The position numbers and the translations under genes were made by a program. A stretch of DNA of 64,000 nt from Clostridia bacterium (GTDB lineage Bacteria; Bacillota; Clostridia; UMGS1883): positions 70,146 through 134,145 of the forward strand of contig JAZQCM010000042.1 of assembly GCA_045546275.1 (NCBI GenBank), written 5' to 3'. The notes under the pieces are model-generated. The model did no database searches. It saw only the letters and a list, made by a program, of their open reading frames with translations, and was not told the DNA's origin. This document shows, in pieces, positions 1 through 10,670 of the stretch; position 1 is the stretch's first letter; every line of letters begins with the position of its first letter.

Positions 1-1
1 C

Positions 2-2650
2 AATAACATTGAAAACTACAAATCAAACATACTTACCATAGAAGCTGAGCAATTGGCTAACGAAAAGCTTAAGGAAGATGCAAAGAGCAATCTTGAAAAA
101 ATAAAGGAAGAGGGCGTTGCACTTTCCGAAAAGCTTAAAAACACCGAAAACGAGCTTTCTCTTCTTGAAAAAGAAGGGGCAGATGCTTCAAGCGACATGA
201 ACCAAAAGGGCATTATGCTTGAAGAGGTCCGTTCACGTATCCGTACAAACGAGCGTGAAATTATGGAGGCTGAAAACAAAACCAGCAGCCTTGAAGCTGT
301 TAAGGAAGGCATTGAAACAAGGCGTTTTTCGATTGAGGTTGACATTACAAACAGCCGTGAAAACGAAAAAAGACTTTACAATCAGCTGCAGCTTTCTTTA
401 AAGGACATTGAGGTTGTTCAGAAAGAGCGTGACGAGCTTAACAAAATTTTTGTGAAGGCGCAGGCTGATGCAGAAAAGCTTTCAAAGGAAACCGAGGATA
501 AAAAGGACGAGTTTAACCGTTTGAGTGCACGCATTGGTGAAAAGCAGGGCAGACTTAAAATGCTTGAAGAAATGGAAAAGGCACTTGAAGGCTATCAGCG
601 AAGTGTCCGTGACCTTATAAATGCTCACAAGGAAAAGCGTTTTACAGGCACTATTACAGGCATTTTTTCAAAGCTTATAAATGTTCCTAAGGAATATTCC
701 ACTGCAATCGAGGTTGCTTTGGGCGGTGCATTGCAAAATGTTGTTGTGCCCGACGAACAGGCAGCCAAGGAAGCGGTAAACTATCTTAAAGAAAACAAAT
801 TAGGTCGAGTTACCTTCCTTCCATTGTCAAGCCAGGAAAAAAAGCGACTTGACAACGAAGCAAAGCTTCTTTCCGAAAAGGGCGTTATAGGCGTTGCGGC
901 AGACTTGGTTGAAAGAGAAAGCTATCTTGACAACACCGTTGAGGCTCTTTTGGGCAGAGTTTTAGTAACCGATAACCAGGACACAGCAATCCGTCTTTCA
1001 AAGCAGTACAGGTATAAATTCAAAATTGTAACCCTCTCAGGCGAATTATTCCAGGTGGGCGGTTCAATCACAGGCGGTAGCATGAATCGTGTTTCCAGTG
1101 TTTTAGGCAGAGGTGAGGAAATTGAAGAGCTTAAAAAGGAAGTTAGAAAGCTTTCAAACCTTTCCGAAAAAGCCGAGGACGAAATTGATGCTGTTTACGA
1201 AAAGGCAAGAGAAATGGCAGAGGAAAGAGAAGAAGCAAGACTTAATCTTTCCGAAAAGGACATTGTTTTGTCAAGACTTGTTGCTGAAAAGAACGCAATA
1301 GAATCCCGTCACAGTGAAGAAAAGGACCGTCTTGAAAAGCTTGAAACAGAAAAAAATGAAATTGCCTTTAAAATTATGAATACCGATGAATTGAAGAGAA
1401 ACAATATTCTTGAAATTGCAAAGGCAAAGGCAGAGCTTGAAAAAGCTGAAAGAGAGCTTGAAGAAAAGCAAAAGGCTTTAAGTCAGGCTATGGATAAAAA
1501 GGACGAGTTTTCAAATAAAATATTTGAAAAGAGAATGTTGGTTACATCCATTTCAAAGGACATTGACATAAACAACGAAAAAAGAGAAAACACTCTTTCA
1601 AGAATTGATGCTCTTTGTGCCGAAAACGATGCCAAGACAAAGTCCAAGGAAATGATTGAGTCAAGCATTGTGAAAACAGAAAAGATTATTAAGGGCATTG
1701 AGTCTGATGCAGGCAAGCTCAAGGTGGAAATTGAGCGCATTGAAGAAAAAATCATTGCAGCAGCCCAGGGTAAAACCGGCACCGACGTGAGAGTGGGTGA
1801 GCTTCGTGAGCTTATAAGAAGCTTTAACGACAACATTTACTCACTCCAGAACGAATGCGTAAGATTGGAAAGCGCCAAGAGCAAGATTGATTATAACATT
1901 GAAAATGCCGTTAACAGACTCTGGGACGAATACGAGCTTTCCTATTCTGCCGCGAAGGAATGCTATGTGCCTGTTGAATCAATTGCCGAAGCACAAAAGA
2001 AAATTGCATCCTTAAAGGGCTACATACGTGCACTTGGCAATGTAAACGTGGACGCTATTGAAGAGTACAAAGAGGTTAAGGAGCGTTATGAATTCTTGTC
2101 AACTCAGGTTAAGGACCTTGAAGAGGGCAAGGCGTCGCTTTTAAAGCTCATAAAGGAAATCACCGTTGTCATGCGTGATATTTTCCAGGAGAAATTTGTT
2201 ATTATCAACAAATATTTCGGCGAAATATTCGAAGAGCTTTTCGGTGGCGGTAAGGCTTCGGTATCACTTCTTGACAAGGAAAATATCTTGGAGAGTGGTA
2301 TTGAAATCGAAGCTCAGCCTCCGGGCAAAAAGCTTTTGTCAATAAATCTTTTGTCCGGTGGCGAAAGAGCACTTACTGCAATTGCACTGCTCTTTGCACT
2401 TATGAAGGTTTCGCCCTCGCCCTTTGTTGTGCTGGATGAAATCGAAGCGGCACTTGACGACATTAACGTGTACCGATTTGCAAATTACATGCGAAACCGT
2501 ACCGAAACAACCCAGTTTATTGTTATTACTCACCGTCGAGGCACAATGGAATCTGCCGATGTGCTCTATGGTGTAACAATGCAGGAAAAGGGCGTTAGTA
2601 AGCTGCTTTCCATGAGCTTACAGGACGTAAAGGAATACGAAGAAGTATAA
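2..2650 (+). CDS. smc: Chromosome partition protein SMC, C-terminal ~880 aa (5' end upstream of window)
   Basis: The frame is open from nt 2; the track ORF starts at an internal Met at nt 53. Long E/K/L-rich coiled coil and a hinge-like block (GYQRSV...ALGGALQNVVV). C-terminal ABC signature LSGGERALTAIALLFAL and Walker B FVVLDEIEAALD. Directly followed by ftsY, the conserved smc-ftsY pairing. Confidence 0.92.
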   Translation, partial: NNIENYKSNILTIEAEQLANEKLKEDAKSNLEKIKEEGVALSEKLKNTENELSLLEKEGADASSDMNQKGIMLEEVRSRIRTNEREIMEAENKTSSLEAVKEGIETRRFSIEVDITNSRENEKRLYNQLQLSLKDIEVVQKERDELNKIFVKAQADAEKLSKETEDKKDEFNRLSARIGEKQGRLKMLEEMEKALEGYQRSVRDLINAHKEKRFTGTITGIFSKLINVPKEYSTAIEVALGGALQNVVVPDEQAAKEAVNYLKENKLGRVTFLPLSSQEKKRLDNEAKLLSEKGVIGVAADLVERESYLDNTVEALLGRVLVTDNQDTAIRLSKQYRYKFKIVTLSGELFQVGGSITGGSMNRVSSVLGRGEEIEELKKEVRKLSNLSEKAEDEIDAVYEKAREMAEEREEARLNLSEKDIVLSRLVAEKNAIESRHSEEKDRLEKLETEKNEIAFKIMNTDELKRNNILEIAKAKAELEKAERELEEKQKALSQAMDKKDEFSNKIFEKRMLVTSISKDIDINNEKRENTLSRIDALCAENDAKTKSKEMIESSIVKTEKIIKGIESDAGKLKVEIERIEEKIIAAAQGKTGTDVRVGELRELIRSFNDNIYSLQNECVRLESAKSKIDYNIENAVNRLWDEYELSYSAAKECYVPVESIAEAQKKIASLKGYIRALGNVNVDAIEEYKEVKERYEFLSTQVKDLEEGKASLLKLIKEITVVMRDIFQEKFVIINKYFGEIFEELFGGGKASVSLLDKENILESGIEIEAQPPGKKLLSINLLSGGERALTAIALLFALMKVSPSPFVVLDEIEAALDDINVYRFANYMRNRTETTQFIVITHRRGTMESADVLYGVTMQEKGVSKLLSMSLQDVKEYEEV

Positions 2651-2669
2651 TTACGGAAGGAATGATAGT

Positions 2670-3806
2670 ATGCTTTTCTGGAAAAAGAAAAAGGAAGAAG
2701 TACAGGAAGTAACTGAGGAAATCAAAGAGGAAATTTCTGAAATAGCTGAAGAAATAAAAGAAGAATTTCAGGAAATTAAAGAAGAGGTAAAAGAAGAAAT
2801 TTCCGAAATCAAGGAAGAAATTGAAGAGAAGATTGAAGAGATAAAGGAAGAAATCACCGAAACAGTTGAAGAAGTCAAAGAAGAAGCAGAAGAAAAGAAG
2901 GGCTTTTTTGCCCGTCTTCGTGATGGCTTGGGAAAAACAAGAACTTCTATTTCCGACAAAGTAGGCGAGGTTTTCAAGTCCTTTAAAAAAATTGACGAGG
3001 AATTTTACGAGGAGCTGGAAGAAGCGCTTATCTTAGCCGATATAGGCATGAGCACAAGTTTAGAAATTGTTGAAAGACTTCGTGAAAGAGTTAAGGAAAA
3101 GCATCTTCACGAGGAGGACGAGGTTAAAAAGGAATTACGTGACATTGTTGCGGAAATTTTAAAAAGTGACGACAGCGAGTTAAAGCTTGACACAAAGCCT
3201 ACAGTTGTTCTTGTAATAGGCGTAAACGGTGTTGGTAAAACAACAACAATCGGCAAGCTGGCATCACGCCTTAAGAAAAACGGCAAAGAGGTTGTTCTTG
3301 CCGCTGCCGACACTTTCCGTGCCGCTGCTGCTGACCAGCTTGAAATCTGGGCAGAAAGAAACGACGTACGAATTGTAAGATTGCAGGAAGGGGCCGACCC
3401 TGCCGCAGTTATTTTTGACGGCTGTGTATCTGCAAGACAAAAGGGTGCGGATGTATTAATCTGCGACACAGCAGGCAGACTTCATAACAAGAAAAACCTT
3501 ATGGACGAATTGAAAAAGATTTACCGTGTTATTGAGCGTGAGCTTCCCGGTGCAACAAAGGAAGTGCTTTTGGTGCTTGATGCAACAACAGGTCAGAATG
3601 CGGTAATTCAGGCAGAGGAATTTAACAATGCCGCACAGATTACAGGTATTGTCTTAACAAAGCTTGACGGTACTGCTAAGGGTGGTATTGTTATTACAAT
3701 CCGCGAAAAATTGGGTATTCCCGTTAAGTTTGTAGGCGTAGGCGAAGGCATTGACGATTTGCAGGCATTTGATGCAGAAAGCTTTGCGGATGCGCTGTTC
3801 TATTAA
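2670..3806 (+). CDS. ftsY: Signal recognition particle receptor FtsY
   Basis: RBS GGAAGGA at 2655-2661. Acidic EEIKEE low-complexity N-terminus, then the SRP-GTPase NG domain: GVNGVGKTTTIGKL (G1), DTAGR (G3), TKLDG (G4), GVGEGIDDL. Confidence 0.93.
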   Translation: MLFWKKKKEEVQEVTEEIKEEISEIAEEIKEEFQEIKEEVKEEISEIKEEIEEKIEEIKEEITETVEEVKEEAEEKKGFFARLRDGLGKTRTSISDKVGEVFKSFKKIDEEFYEELEEALILADIGMSTSLEIVERLRERVKEKHLHEEDEVKKELRDIVAEILKSDDSELKLDTKPTVVLVIGVNGVGKTTTIGKLASRLKKNGKEVVLAAADTFRAAAADQLEIWAERNDVRIVRLQEGADPAAVIFDGCVSARQKGADVLICDTAGRLHNKKNLMDELKKIYRVIERELPGATKEVLLVLDATTGQNAVIQAEEFNNAAQITGIVLTKLDGTAKGGIVITIREKLGIPVKFVGVGEGIDDLQAFDAESFADALFY

Positions 3807-3822
3807 TAAAGGAGACTTTGAA

Positions 3823-6456
3823 TTGAAAAAACGATTGTTTGTTATTATTCTTGCAGTAGCTTTGGTGTTGTCGGGGATTATTTTCGGTGCCTTTTACACC
3901 GATTATATGGAAATAAGGGAAATCGGACGTGAGTACACCTCGGTTTTCTTTACCGACATTTTTGCACGTGTTGAAATGGGGATAGGTTTATTTATACTGA
4001 TTTTTGTTTTAGCCTTGATAAACCTTTTCATGGTAAGGCGCAACATTGTCAGGATAAAGGGCGAAGCACCCTTTTATTTAAAGCGCAAGTTTATTGCTTT
4101 GGAAAGTGTTGCGCTTGCAGTTTTTGGTGCAGTTACCTTTTCCGAGGGACTTTACCGAAAGTTTTTGCTTTTTTTAAACAGAGTTGACTTTGGAGTTACT
4201 GACCCTATTTTCAATTTTGATTTAAGCTACTACTTTTTCACCCGCGACTTTTTGCAAAGCGGTGCACAGGCTGTTATGGGCATACTTACTGTTTCCCTTG
4301 TAATAAATATTGCATTGTACTTTACAATTATTGCAAAGGGAATTTTCCAGAACGTAAGGCAAACAGTCTCAGACGGCGGAGTTTTCGTTCACATTGCAAT
4401 AAACGTTATAGCAATGTGCGTTTTGCGTGGCTTTATGTATTTCTTTGATGCACAGGGTGTGCTTTTAAAGCAGGGCGGTGTTGCTCCGGGGCCCGGCTTT
4501 GTGGAAACGAACATTATGCTTCCTTTCTACACCGCAGCACCTTATATACTTCTGGCAGTTTCAATTGTGGGTGCAATTTTCCTGTTTTTGAAAAAGTTCA
4601 AGGGTGCGGTTATAACCATTCTTATATTCCCTGTTCTTTTAGTGCTGGTGAACACAGGCGCATTTTTGGTGCAGGCACTTTACGTTGAACCCAACGAAGC
4701 AACCCTTGAAAAGGAATATATTGAAAACAGTATAAAATACACAAAAATCGGCTTTGGTCTTGACAAGATGGTGGAAAGAACCTTCCCTGCCGAGGAAAGC
4801 CTTACCCGTGAAAGCCTTCAGAAAAACAGCGATATTATTAATAATATCCGCATTACCGACCCCACAGCCACAAAAGAGGTTTTAAACTCAACAAAAAGTA
4901 TCCGAAGCTACTACACCTTCAACGACACCGATATTGTTGAGTACACAGTTGACTCAAAACCCAGAGCTGTTAGCATTGCTGCAAGAGAGCTTGATGTTAA
5001 TAAGCTTTCGGGCAACGCCAACAACTACATTAATAAAACCATGAAATACACCCACGGCTACGGTATTGTGATGAACCCTGTAAACGCTGTTAACAGCGAG
5101 GGTCAGCCCGAATTTATTATCTCCGACATGCCTATTGCCTCGCAAGTGGGTGCACCCGTTGTAACCGAGCCGAGAATTTACTACGGTGAAAAAACAAATA
5201 ACTATGTTATTGTAAATACCGATATAAAAGAGTTTGACTATGCTTCAAACAACGAAAACATTGAAAAAAATTACGAGGGTACAAAATCGGGAATAAAGCT
5301 TAATTTAATTAACAGGCTTATTTATTCCATTAAAAACATGGACTATACCATGCTTATTTCGGGATATATCAATTCCGACAGCCGCCTTTTAACCAACAGA
5401 AATATTATGGAAAGAGTTAAAATGGCAGTTCCCTTTATGACCCTTGATCCTGACCCTTATATTATAATCGACGGTGAAGGCAGGCTTAAGTGGGTTGTGG
5501 ATTTATACACACATTCTGACCAGATGCCCTACTCAAAGCTTACAGGCTCTGTAAGCTACATCCGTAACAGTGCAAAAGCCGTTGTGGATGCTTATGAGGG
5601 AGAGGTTAAGGTTTATATAACAGATACGAGTGACCCCATTGTTATGACCTATAGCGAAATTTATCCTTCCGTATTTGCAAATGGACTTCCCGAGGATATT
5701 TCTTCTCACATCCGTTACCCTGAGTTTTTGTTCAGTCTCCAAAGCGAGGTGTATTTAAAGTATCACATGTCAGATGCAGAAATTTTTTACACAAACTCGG
5801 ATTTGTGGATGAAGGCAAAGGAAAAGTATTACACCGATTCAGTGGTGGATGTTCAGCCTTATTATAACCTTCTTTCAGTAGAGGACTTTGGCCGTGACGG
5901 TGCACAGCTTGTGCTCATGATGCCCTTTGTGCCTGCAAACAAGGAAAATCTTGTTTCCTGGCTTGCGGCTGACAGCTACGGAAACCTTATTTCCTATAAA
6001 TTCCCCTCTGGACGAACCGTATACGGCACACTTCACATTGAAAACCGAATTGATTCCGATGCGGAAATTTCAAAGGAGCTTTCTCTCTGGGACCAGGGCG
6101 GAAGTGAGGTTTTAAGAGGCAATGTGCTTGTTGTTCCCATTGAAAATTCACTCATTTATGTTGAACCTGTTTACATTACAACCACAAACGAAGCGGCTGT
6201 GCCCGAGGTTAAGAGAATTATTGTGGCATACGGCGATAAGGTTGTAATGCGTGAAACTCTGGAAGAATGCTTCAGCGTTCTTTTTGGTGAAGGAAACAGC
6301 GAATTTACCCAGGATGAAATTGAGGAGAGCTTTAACAATGCATCGGATGTTGTGAAAGCTTACGACAATTTGCAACAGGCTTTCAAAAACGGTAACTGGC
6401 AGGCGTTTGCCTTTGCCATGGAAGACTTGGGCAAAGCTGTTGACAACGTAAGATAA
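3823..6456 (+). CDS. Large polytopic membrane protein, UPF0182-like
   Basis: The track start at 3751 overlaps the ftsY 3' end. GGAG (3811-3814) plus TTG at 3823 gives an LKKRLFVIILAV... N-terminus. Several N-terminal TM helices are followed by a large soluble region, ~880 aa in total. The size and architecture recall the UPF0182 family (from memory, unverified). Confidence 0.7.
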   Translation: MKKRLFVIILAVALVLSGIIFGAFYTDYMEIREIGREYTSVFFTDIFARVEMGIGLFILIFVLALINLFMVRRNIVRIKGEAPFYLKRKFIALESVALAVFGAVTFSEGLYRKFLLFLNRVDFGVTDPIFNFDLSYYFFTRDFLQSGAQAVMGILTVSLVINIALYFTIIAKGIFQNVRQTVSDGGVFVHIAINVIAMCVLRGFMYFFDAQGVLLKQGGVAPGPGFVETNIMLPFYTAAPYILLAVSIVGAIFLFLKKFKGAVITILIFPVLLVLVNTGAFLVQALYVEPNEATLEKEYIENSIKYTKIGFGLDKMVERTFPAEESLTRESLQKNSDIINNIRITDPTATKEVLNSTKSIRSYYTFNDTDIVEYTVDSKPRAVSIAARELDVNKLSGNANNYINKTMKYTHGYGIVMNPVNAVNSEGQPEFIISDMPIASQVGAPVVTEPRIYYGEKTNNYVIVNTDIKEFDYASNNENIEKNYEGTKSGIKLNLINRLIYSIKNMDYTMLISGYINSDSRLLTNRNIMERVKMAVPFMTLDPDPYIIIDGEGRLKWVVDLYTHSDQMPYSKLTGSVSYIRNSAKAVVDAYEGEVKVYITDTSDPIVMTYSEIYPSVFANGLPEDISSHIRYPEFLFSLQSEVYLKYHMSDAEIFYTNSDLWMKAKEKYYTDSVVDVQPYYNLLSVEDFGRDGAQLVLMMPFVPANKENLVSWLAADSYGNLISYKFPSGRTVYGTLHIENRIDSDAEISKELSLWDQGGSEVLRGNVLVVPIENSLIYVEPVYITTTNEAAVPEVKRIIVAYGDKVVMRETLEECFSVLFGEGNSEFTQDEIEESFNNASDVVKAYDNLQQAFKNGNWQAFAFAMEDLGKAVDNVR

Positions 6457-6466
6457 GGAGAAAACC

Positions 6467-7024
6467 ATGAAAAAATTTTTATTGTTACTTCTGGCGGTAG
6501 TTTTATTGATTTCAGGCTGTGAAGGCGTTCAGATTGACGAAAACGAAATAATTACAGGTAACGGAACAGAAAAAATTGTAAAGGGTACTGATGTGTACAC
6601 CGTTGAAGGCAATGAAGTTACCAAAAATTCCGAAACCCTGTACGAGTTTGACAATATTAAAGAAAATAAGCTTTTTGCCTTGGGCGAGTATCTTTATTTA
6701 AACACCGAAAAAGGTGCAATGCAGCTTACCTTAGACGGCAAAAAGGCTAAAAAGTTCGGTAGCGGAGAAGTGGTTGCAACAGGCGGACGATGGATTTACT
6801 ATCAGTCAAGTGACAACAAGGTTGGCAACATGATTCTTTACAAAATCGACATGACAGACGGCAGACAGTTAAACCTTTTCCAGGACACAATTGTTGAAGT
6901 TAAGCTTATTGAAGATGGTGTTTTCTATTTTAAAGGTGAAAGCGGAAACGAATATATAAATGAGCTTAATAACGACAACGGCTACTTCTACCACCAATGG
7001 CTTAATGAAGACGTTACAGAATAA
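6467..7024 (+). CDS. Putative lipoprotein (DUF5050-like repeats)
   Basis: Lipoprotein signal MKKFLLLLLAVVLLISGC with a lipobox Cys. RBS AAGGAG lies just upstream. Segments such as GGRWIYYQSSDN and LYKIDMTDGRQ resemble DUF5050-type beta-propeller repeats (tentative). Confidence 0.65.
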   Translation: MKKFLLLLLAVVLLISGCEGVQIDENEIITGNGTEKIVKGTDVYTVEGNEVTKNSETLYEFDNIKENKLFALGEYLYLNTEKGAMQLTLDGKKAKKFGSGEVVATGGRWIYYQSSDNKVGNMILYKIDMTDGRQLNLFQDTIVEVKLIEDGVFYFKGESGNEYINELNNDNGYFYHQWLNEDVTE

Positions 7025-7030
7025 AACAAC

Positions 7031-7064
7031 AAAAAACCGTATTGCTTTTGCAATACGGTTTTTT
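7031..7064. terminator. Bidirectional intrinsic terminator between convergent genes
   Basis: A-run, stem CCGTATTGC (7037-7045) / GCAATACGG (7050-7058), then T-run 7059-7064. Confidence 0.75.
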
Positions 7065-7110
7065 GATTAATGAAAGGTTTTATAGGAAGATACGGTACGC
7101 CCGTATCGTA

Positions 7111-7716
7111 TTAGCAGTAGCAACAACGAATGCCACAGCAAAGATTCAGTGCCGCATTTACTGCACAGCAGCGCACGCAGTAATCCATGTCAAAATTAAA
7201 CTGCCTGCCGTAATCGGAGCCTCTTGTGCGGTATTCCTGATAAAATGCACCTTCGCCGTTTAAAGATGCGGCTAAGTTTCTGTAGGCTGTGTTGCCGGGC
7301 TCCATCCGGGATGCTTCTTTCGCGTGCTCACGTGCAATAATGTTGTTGCCAACTCTTGCATTTGCAATGGCACTTAAATAATACCACATGGCACTTCTGT
7401 CGGTTATGGAGTTAAGAGTGTTTATTGCCTCGCGGAAATATCCGCGCTGAATATACATAGCTGCCGCATTAAGCCTTGAATCGGAGGTGGACGAAGTGTC
7501 GGAATATCCGTAAGACGATGTTTTTCCGCTTCTTTCCTCCATAATAAGGCGATAAGCTTCGCCGATTTGTTTAAATTTTTCCTCCGCCTGTGCTTTGTTG
7601 GGGTTGTCAATATTAGTATCGGGATGATACTGCCTGCACAGCTTGCGGTACACTTTTTTTATTTCATCGTTTGAAGCGCTCCTGGGAACGCCCAAAACAC
7701 TGTATGGGTCTGACAT
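7111..7716 (-). CDS. J-domain (DnaJ-like) protein with TPR-like middle and Cys-rich C-terminal tail
   Basis: N-terminal J domain (DPYSVLGV...[11 protein letters not shown] with the HPD motif). The C-terminus [22 protein letters not shown] carries 9 Cys in 22 residues. Confidence 0.85.
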   Translation of the reverse strand: MSDPYSVLGVPRSASNDEIKKVYRKLCRQYHPDTNIDNPNKAQAEEKFKQIGEAYRLIMEERSGKTSSYGYSDTSSTSDSRLNAAAMYIQRGYFREAINTLNSITDRSAMWYYLSAIANARVGNNIIAREHAKEASRMEPGNTAYRNLAASLNGEGAFYQEYRTRGSDYGRQFNFDMDYCVRCCAVNAALNLCCGIRCCYC

Positions 7717-7717
7717 A

Positions 7718-8527
7718 TTATGCTCCTTTTGCGGGGGAATTTAATTTTGTCCAAATTCCGCCGTAGAGTATATTTCGTAAAATTTCAACATTTTCGATTA
7801 AGGGAAGCTTTTCAAATTCGTTTGCTGCTTCCGCTGCCATCATATTTAAAATAATTTCACATTCCTTGTTGCGATTTTCTTCAGCCATTGCCTTTAATGG
7901 GTTAGGGCGGTTTTTCTTAATATCTTCGGGCAAATCAATAAATGCGTCGGCAATGTAAATAAATTTGCCTAAATAAAAGCCCATGTTTTTTAAAATATCC
8001 GTCCACATATCCTGATAGGGGGCAAAAACCTCGGATAAAATGTTGCCGAAAAGATTTGCGCATGCTTCAATGTCGGCAACATTTTCTTTTTCCGAAAGCA
8101 TTTTTAAGAAGGAATGTATGTTCTTTGATTTTTCAGCATAAAGCTTTTCAATTTTTTTAACCTTAGGTTTAAGATATAATGAAGCAATAAGCTTTAAAAT
8201 ATTCTTATCGTCATTAAAATCGTCAATACACTTGTAGTAGGTTAAAAGAGTGCTCATATGAGCTACGTACTTTGTAAGGTTGTCGCTTGCCTCGGTGTGC
8301 TTTTTGCACACATGGCACACACAACGTCTCTTTTCGCACTTCAATTCGCCTTCGTAAAGGGAGTTCAACAAAATTGAAAGAAACGTCATGTCGTAGCTTA
8401 ATCCAAGTGAAGACAAAAAGCCTGTTTCATTTTTCAAATTGCGGCAAAGACCGCAGTAGAAAGAGCGATAAACATCGTATTCGCGAAATTTAAGCTCACT
8501 TTTATTTACAACAACATGTCCGAACAT
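7718..8527 (-). CDS. Conserved hypothetical protein, DUF5685-like
   Basis: 269-aa ORF abutting the J-domain gene. N-terminal [31 protein letters not shown] plus a later [14 protein letters not shown]ys cluster. Resembles the Firmicute DUF5685 family (from memory). Confidence 0.6.
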   Translation of the reverse strand: MFGHVVVNKSELKFREYDVYRSFYCGLCRNLKNETGFLSSLGLSYDMTFLSILLNSLYEGELKCEKRRCVCHVCKKHTEASDNLTKYVAHMSTLLTYYKCIDDFNDDKNILKLIASLYLKPKVKKIEKLYAEKSKNIHSFLKMLSEKENVADIEACANLFGNILSEVFAPYQDMWTDILKNMGFYLGKFIYIADAFIDLPEDIKKNRPNPLKAMAEENRNKECEIILNMMAAEAANEFEKLPLIENVEILRNILYGGIWTKLNSPAKGA

Positions 8528-8892
8528 CAGCTTTTTTTATGAAGGGTGTTGCCGCAGGGGCAGGAAAGAGTAATCTTACCTTTGCCTTTGGGAACACGAA
8601 GAGTTCTTTTGCACTTGGGACACAAAAAAACCTTGTGGGTTTTTCTGTTTGCAAATACCGCCTTAACAAAAGAGTAATACGGCATTATCTTAGCATTTTC
8701 CATACGCCTTTGATAAATGTTTTTCGAAAAGGCACGGTAGATTGCATAAAAAATACAAACTAACCCAAGCCCTGAGAAAAACGAAACAAAATTTGAAAGA
8801 AGCATGCAAATAAGATAACCTATAAGAAGGGTATAATTAAGCTCGTCCAAGCCATACCTTCCGTACATGAATTGTCTTATTTTTTGTTTCAT
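8527..8892 (-). CDS. Small membrane protein with C-terminal zinc ribbon
   Basis: 121 aa with two hydrophobic helices, then CPKCKRTLRVPKGKGKITLSCPCG (CxxC...CxC). Overlaps the start of the downstream gene by 1 nt, suggesting an operon with 7718-8527 and 7111-7716. Confidence 0.6.
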   Translation of the reverse strand: MKQKIRQFMYGRYGLDELNYTLLIGYLICMLLSNFVSFFSGLGLVCIFYAIYRAFSKNIYQRRMENAKIMPYYSFVKAVFANRKTHKVFLCPKCKRTLRVPKGKGKITLSCPCGNTLHKKS

Positions 8893-9038
8893 CTTGTCAC
8901 ATCCTTTAGGTTAAATATAATTATCAAAATTTTACCTGTTATTGACAGATTGTAAACAATGTGTAAATAACCATTCTAAAATATGGTTGATTATTTTTAT
9001 AAAGAAGAATATAATTAAGTTGTAAAGGAAGTGACGAA

Positions 9039-10658
9039 ATGGGTAAAAATAAGGCTCAGTCGTTTATGGCAAGTGTTATGATGGTTGTAGGCAGTCAGGT
9101 TGTCATAAAGCTATTGGGATTTTTATATCGTGTTGTAATCACAAACATCGACGGCTTTGGCGATGCCGGCAACGGCTACTACAACTATGGTTATCAGATA
9201 TATGTGCTTTTACTTGCAATTTCTTCAGTGGGCATTCCAAATGCCATTGCAAAATTAGTAAGTGAAAAGTGCGCAACAAACGATTTTAAAAGTGCATACC
9301 GCATTTTCAGATGTGCTTTAATTCTTTTTGCAGTAATCGGATTGGTATTGTCAGTAGGACTTTTCGTTTTTGCGCCTTTTATTTCTACTGTTATATGTGC
9401 CGAGCCAAAGGTTGTGCACACCTTAAGGGTTTTATCGCCTGCGATTTTTTTTGTGTCGGTATCAAGTGTTGTCCGTGGCTTTTTCCAGGGCATGAAAAAC
9501 ATGCGTGCCACCAGCACCAGTCAGGTGCTTGAACAGCTTATAAAGTGCGTGTCAACTGTTCTGATTGTTGTTGCAATGACAGGTGAAGCACCCGAATACA
9601 TGGCGGCAGGTGCCACAATGGCAACCACAATTTCCACCTTTTTGTCCCTTTTGTACCTTGCAGGCTTTTACAAGTCAAACAAAAAGGACATACAGGAAAA
9701 GCTCAGAAATTCAAAGCCCCTTGTTGTGGAAAGCTTTAAAAAAATTGCAAAGGGTATACTTTACGTTTCAATCCCCATTTCATTGGGTTCAATTATTGCA
9801 AGCTTAAACCGTGTTGTGGACCTTATGACAGTTGTACGAGGATTGCAAAGTGCGTTTTGTAGTACAATAACGGATGTAGAGCTTTTGAAAAACGAAGCAA
9901 TGCGCCTTTCGGGCATGCTCAGTAAGGGCGATGTTATCATTAACCTGCCGTTAGCATTAAACATTGCTTTTTCAACTGTTTTGGTGCCAACTGTTGCAGG
10001 AGCGTTGGCAGTAGGCGACAGGAAAACTGCAGTTGATAAAGTAAGCTCATCACTTTTAATTTCAATTATTATTGCACTTCCTGCAACGGTTGGTTGCATG
10101 GTTTTAGCCGACGAAATTTTCCTTTTGCTTTATCCCAATGCACCTGAGGGCGGAGTGCTTTTTGCAATCAGCGCAATCACAATTTTCTTCAGTGCAATCA
10201 CCCAAACAAATGCTGGAAGTCTGCAGGGAATGGGCAAAGTGTTTGTGCCTGCAACAGCTCTTTTAATCGGCGGTGTGTTAAAGCTTGTTGTAAACTTGGT
10301 GCTTATACCAATTCCTTCTGTTAACATTTACGGTGCACCTATCGGCAGTGTGCTTTGCCAGGCGGCAGGCTGTATTATTACCTTCCATGTTGTAAGGAAA
10401 AATCTTGATATGAAGCTTGATAAGGTGAAGTATTTCATAAAGCCCTTTTTGTCAGCTTTTGTGATGGGCGTGGTTGTTTACCTTTTGTCCCTTACAGCAA
10501 GGTTTGTGGGCAATACCATTGCAACCATTGTTTCCATAGGCGCAGGAGTCTTGGTTTATTTTATTCTCATATTTATCGTTTTCAAGGTGTTTACCGACGA
10601 TGAAATAATAAACCTTCCCATGGGGAAGAAGCTTTTGAAAATCGTTCACATGATATGA
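9039..10658 (+). CDS. MOP-superfamily polysaccharide/lipid II flippase (SpoVB/MurJ-like)
   Basis: 539 aa and about 14 predicted TM helices throughout. The N-terminus (VMMVVGSQVVIKLLGFLYRVVITN...GNGYY) is typical of SpoVB-type polysaccharide biosynthesis proteins. Confidence 0.8.
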   Translation: MGKNKAQSFMASVMMVVGSQVVIKLLGFLYRVVITNIDGFGDAGNGYYNYGYQIYVLLLAISSVGIPNAIAKLVSEKCATNDFKSAYRIFRCALILFAVIGLVLSVGLFVFAPFISTVICAEPKVVHTLRVLSPAIFFVSVSSVVRGFFQGMKNMRATSTSQVLEQLIKCVSTVLIVVAMTGEAPEYMAAGATMATTISTFLSLLYLAGFYKSNKKDIQEKLRNSKPLVVESFKKIAKGILYVSIPISLGSIIASLNRVVDLMTVVRGLQSAFCSTITDVELLKNEAMRLSGMLSKGDVIINLPLALNIAFSTVLVPTVAGALAVGDRKTAVDKVSSSLLISIIIALPATVGCMVLADEIFLLLYPNAPEGGVLFAISAITIFFSAITQTNAGSLQGMGKVFVPATALLIGGVLKLVVNLVLIPIPSVNIYGAPIGSVLCQAAGCIITFHVVRKNLDMKLDKVKYFIKPFLSAFVMGVVVYLLSLTARFVGNTIATIVSIGAGVLVYFILIFIVFKVFTDDEIINLPMGKKLLKIVHMI

Positions 10659-10670
10659 AAGGAGTAACAA

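Noticed and set aside
2690-2900. Tandem EEIKEE-type repeats at the 5' end of ftsY
   Set aside because: The acidic low-complexity A-domain is a normal feature of FtsY N-termini. It is not a separate repeat element.
3751-3822. Upstream starts given by the ORF track for several genes (3751 for the UPF0182-like gene; likewise 13718 rnr, 15783 smpB, 45015 ABC ATPase, 54740 nadB, 17037, 31642)
   Set aside because: The extensions overlap the preceding gene or a terminator, lack an RBS, and add non-homologous residues ahead of canonical N-termini. Internal starts with good RBSs were chosen instead.
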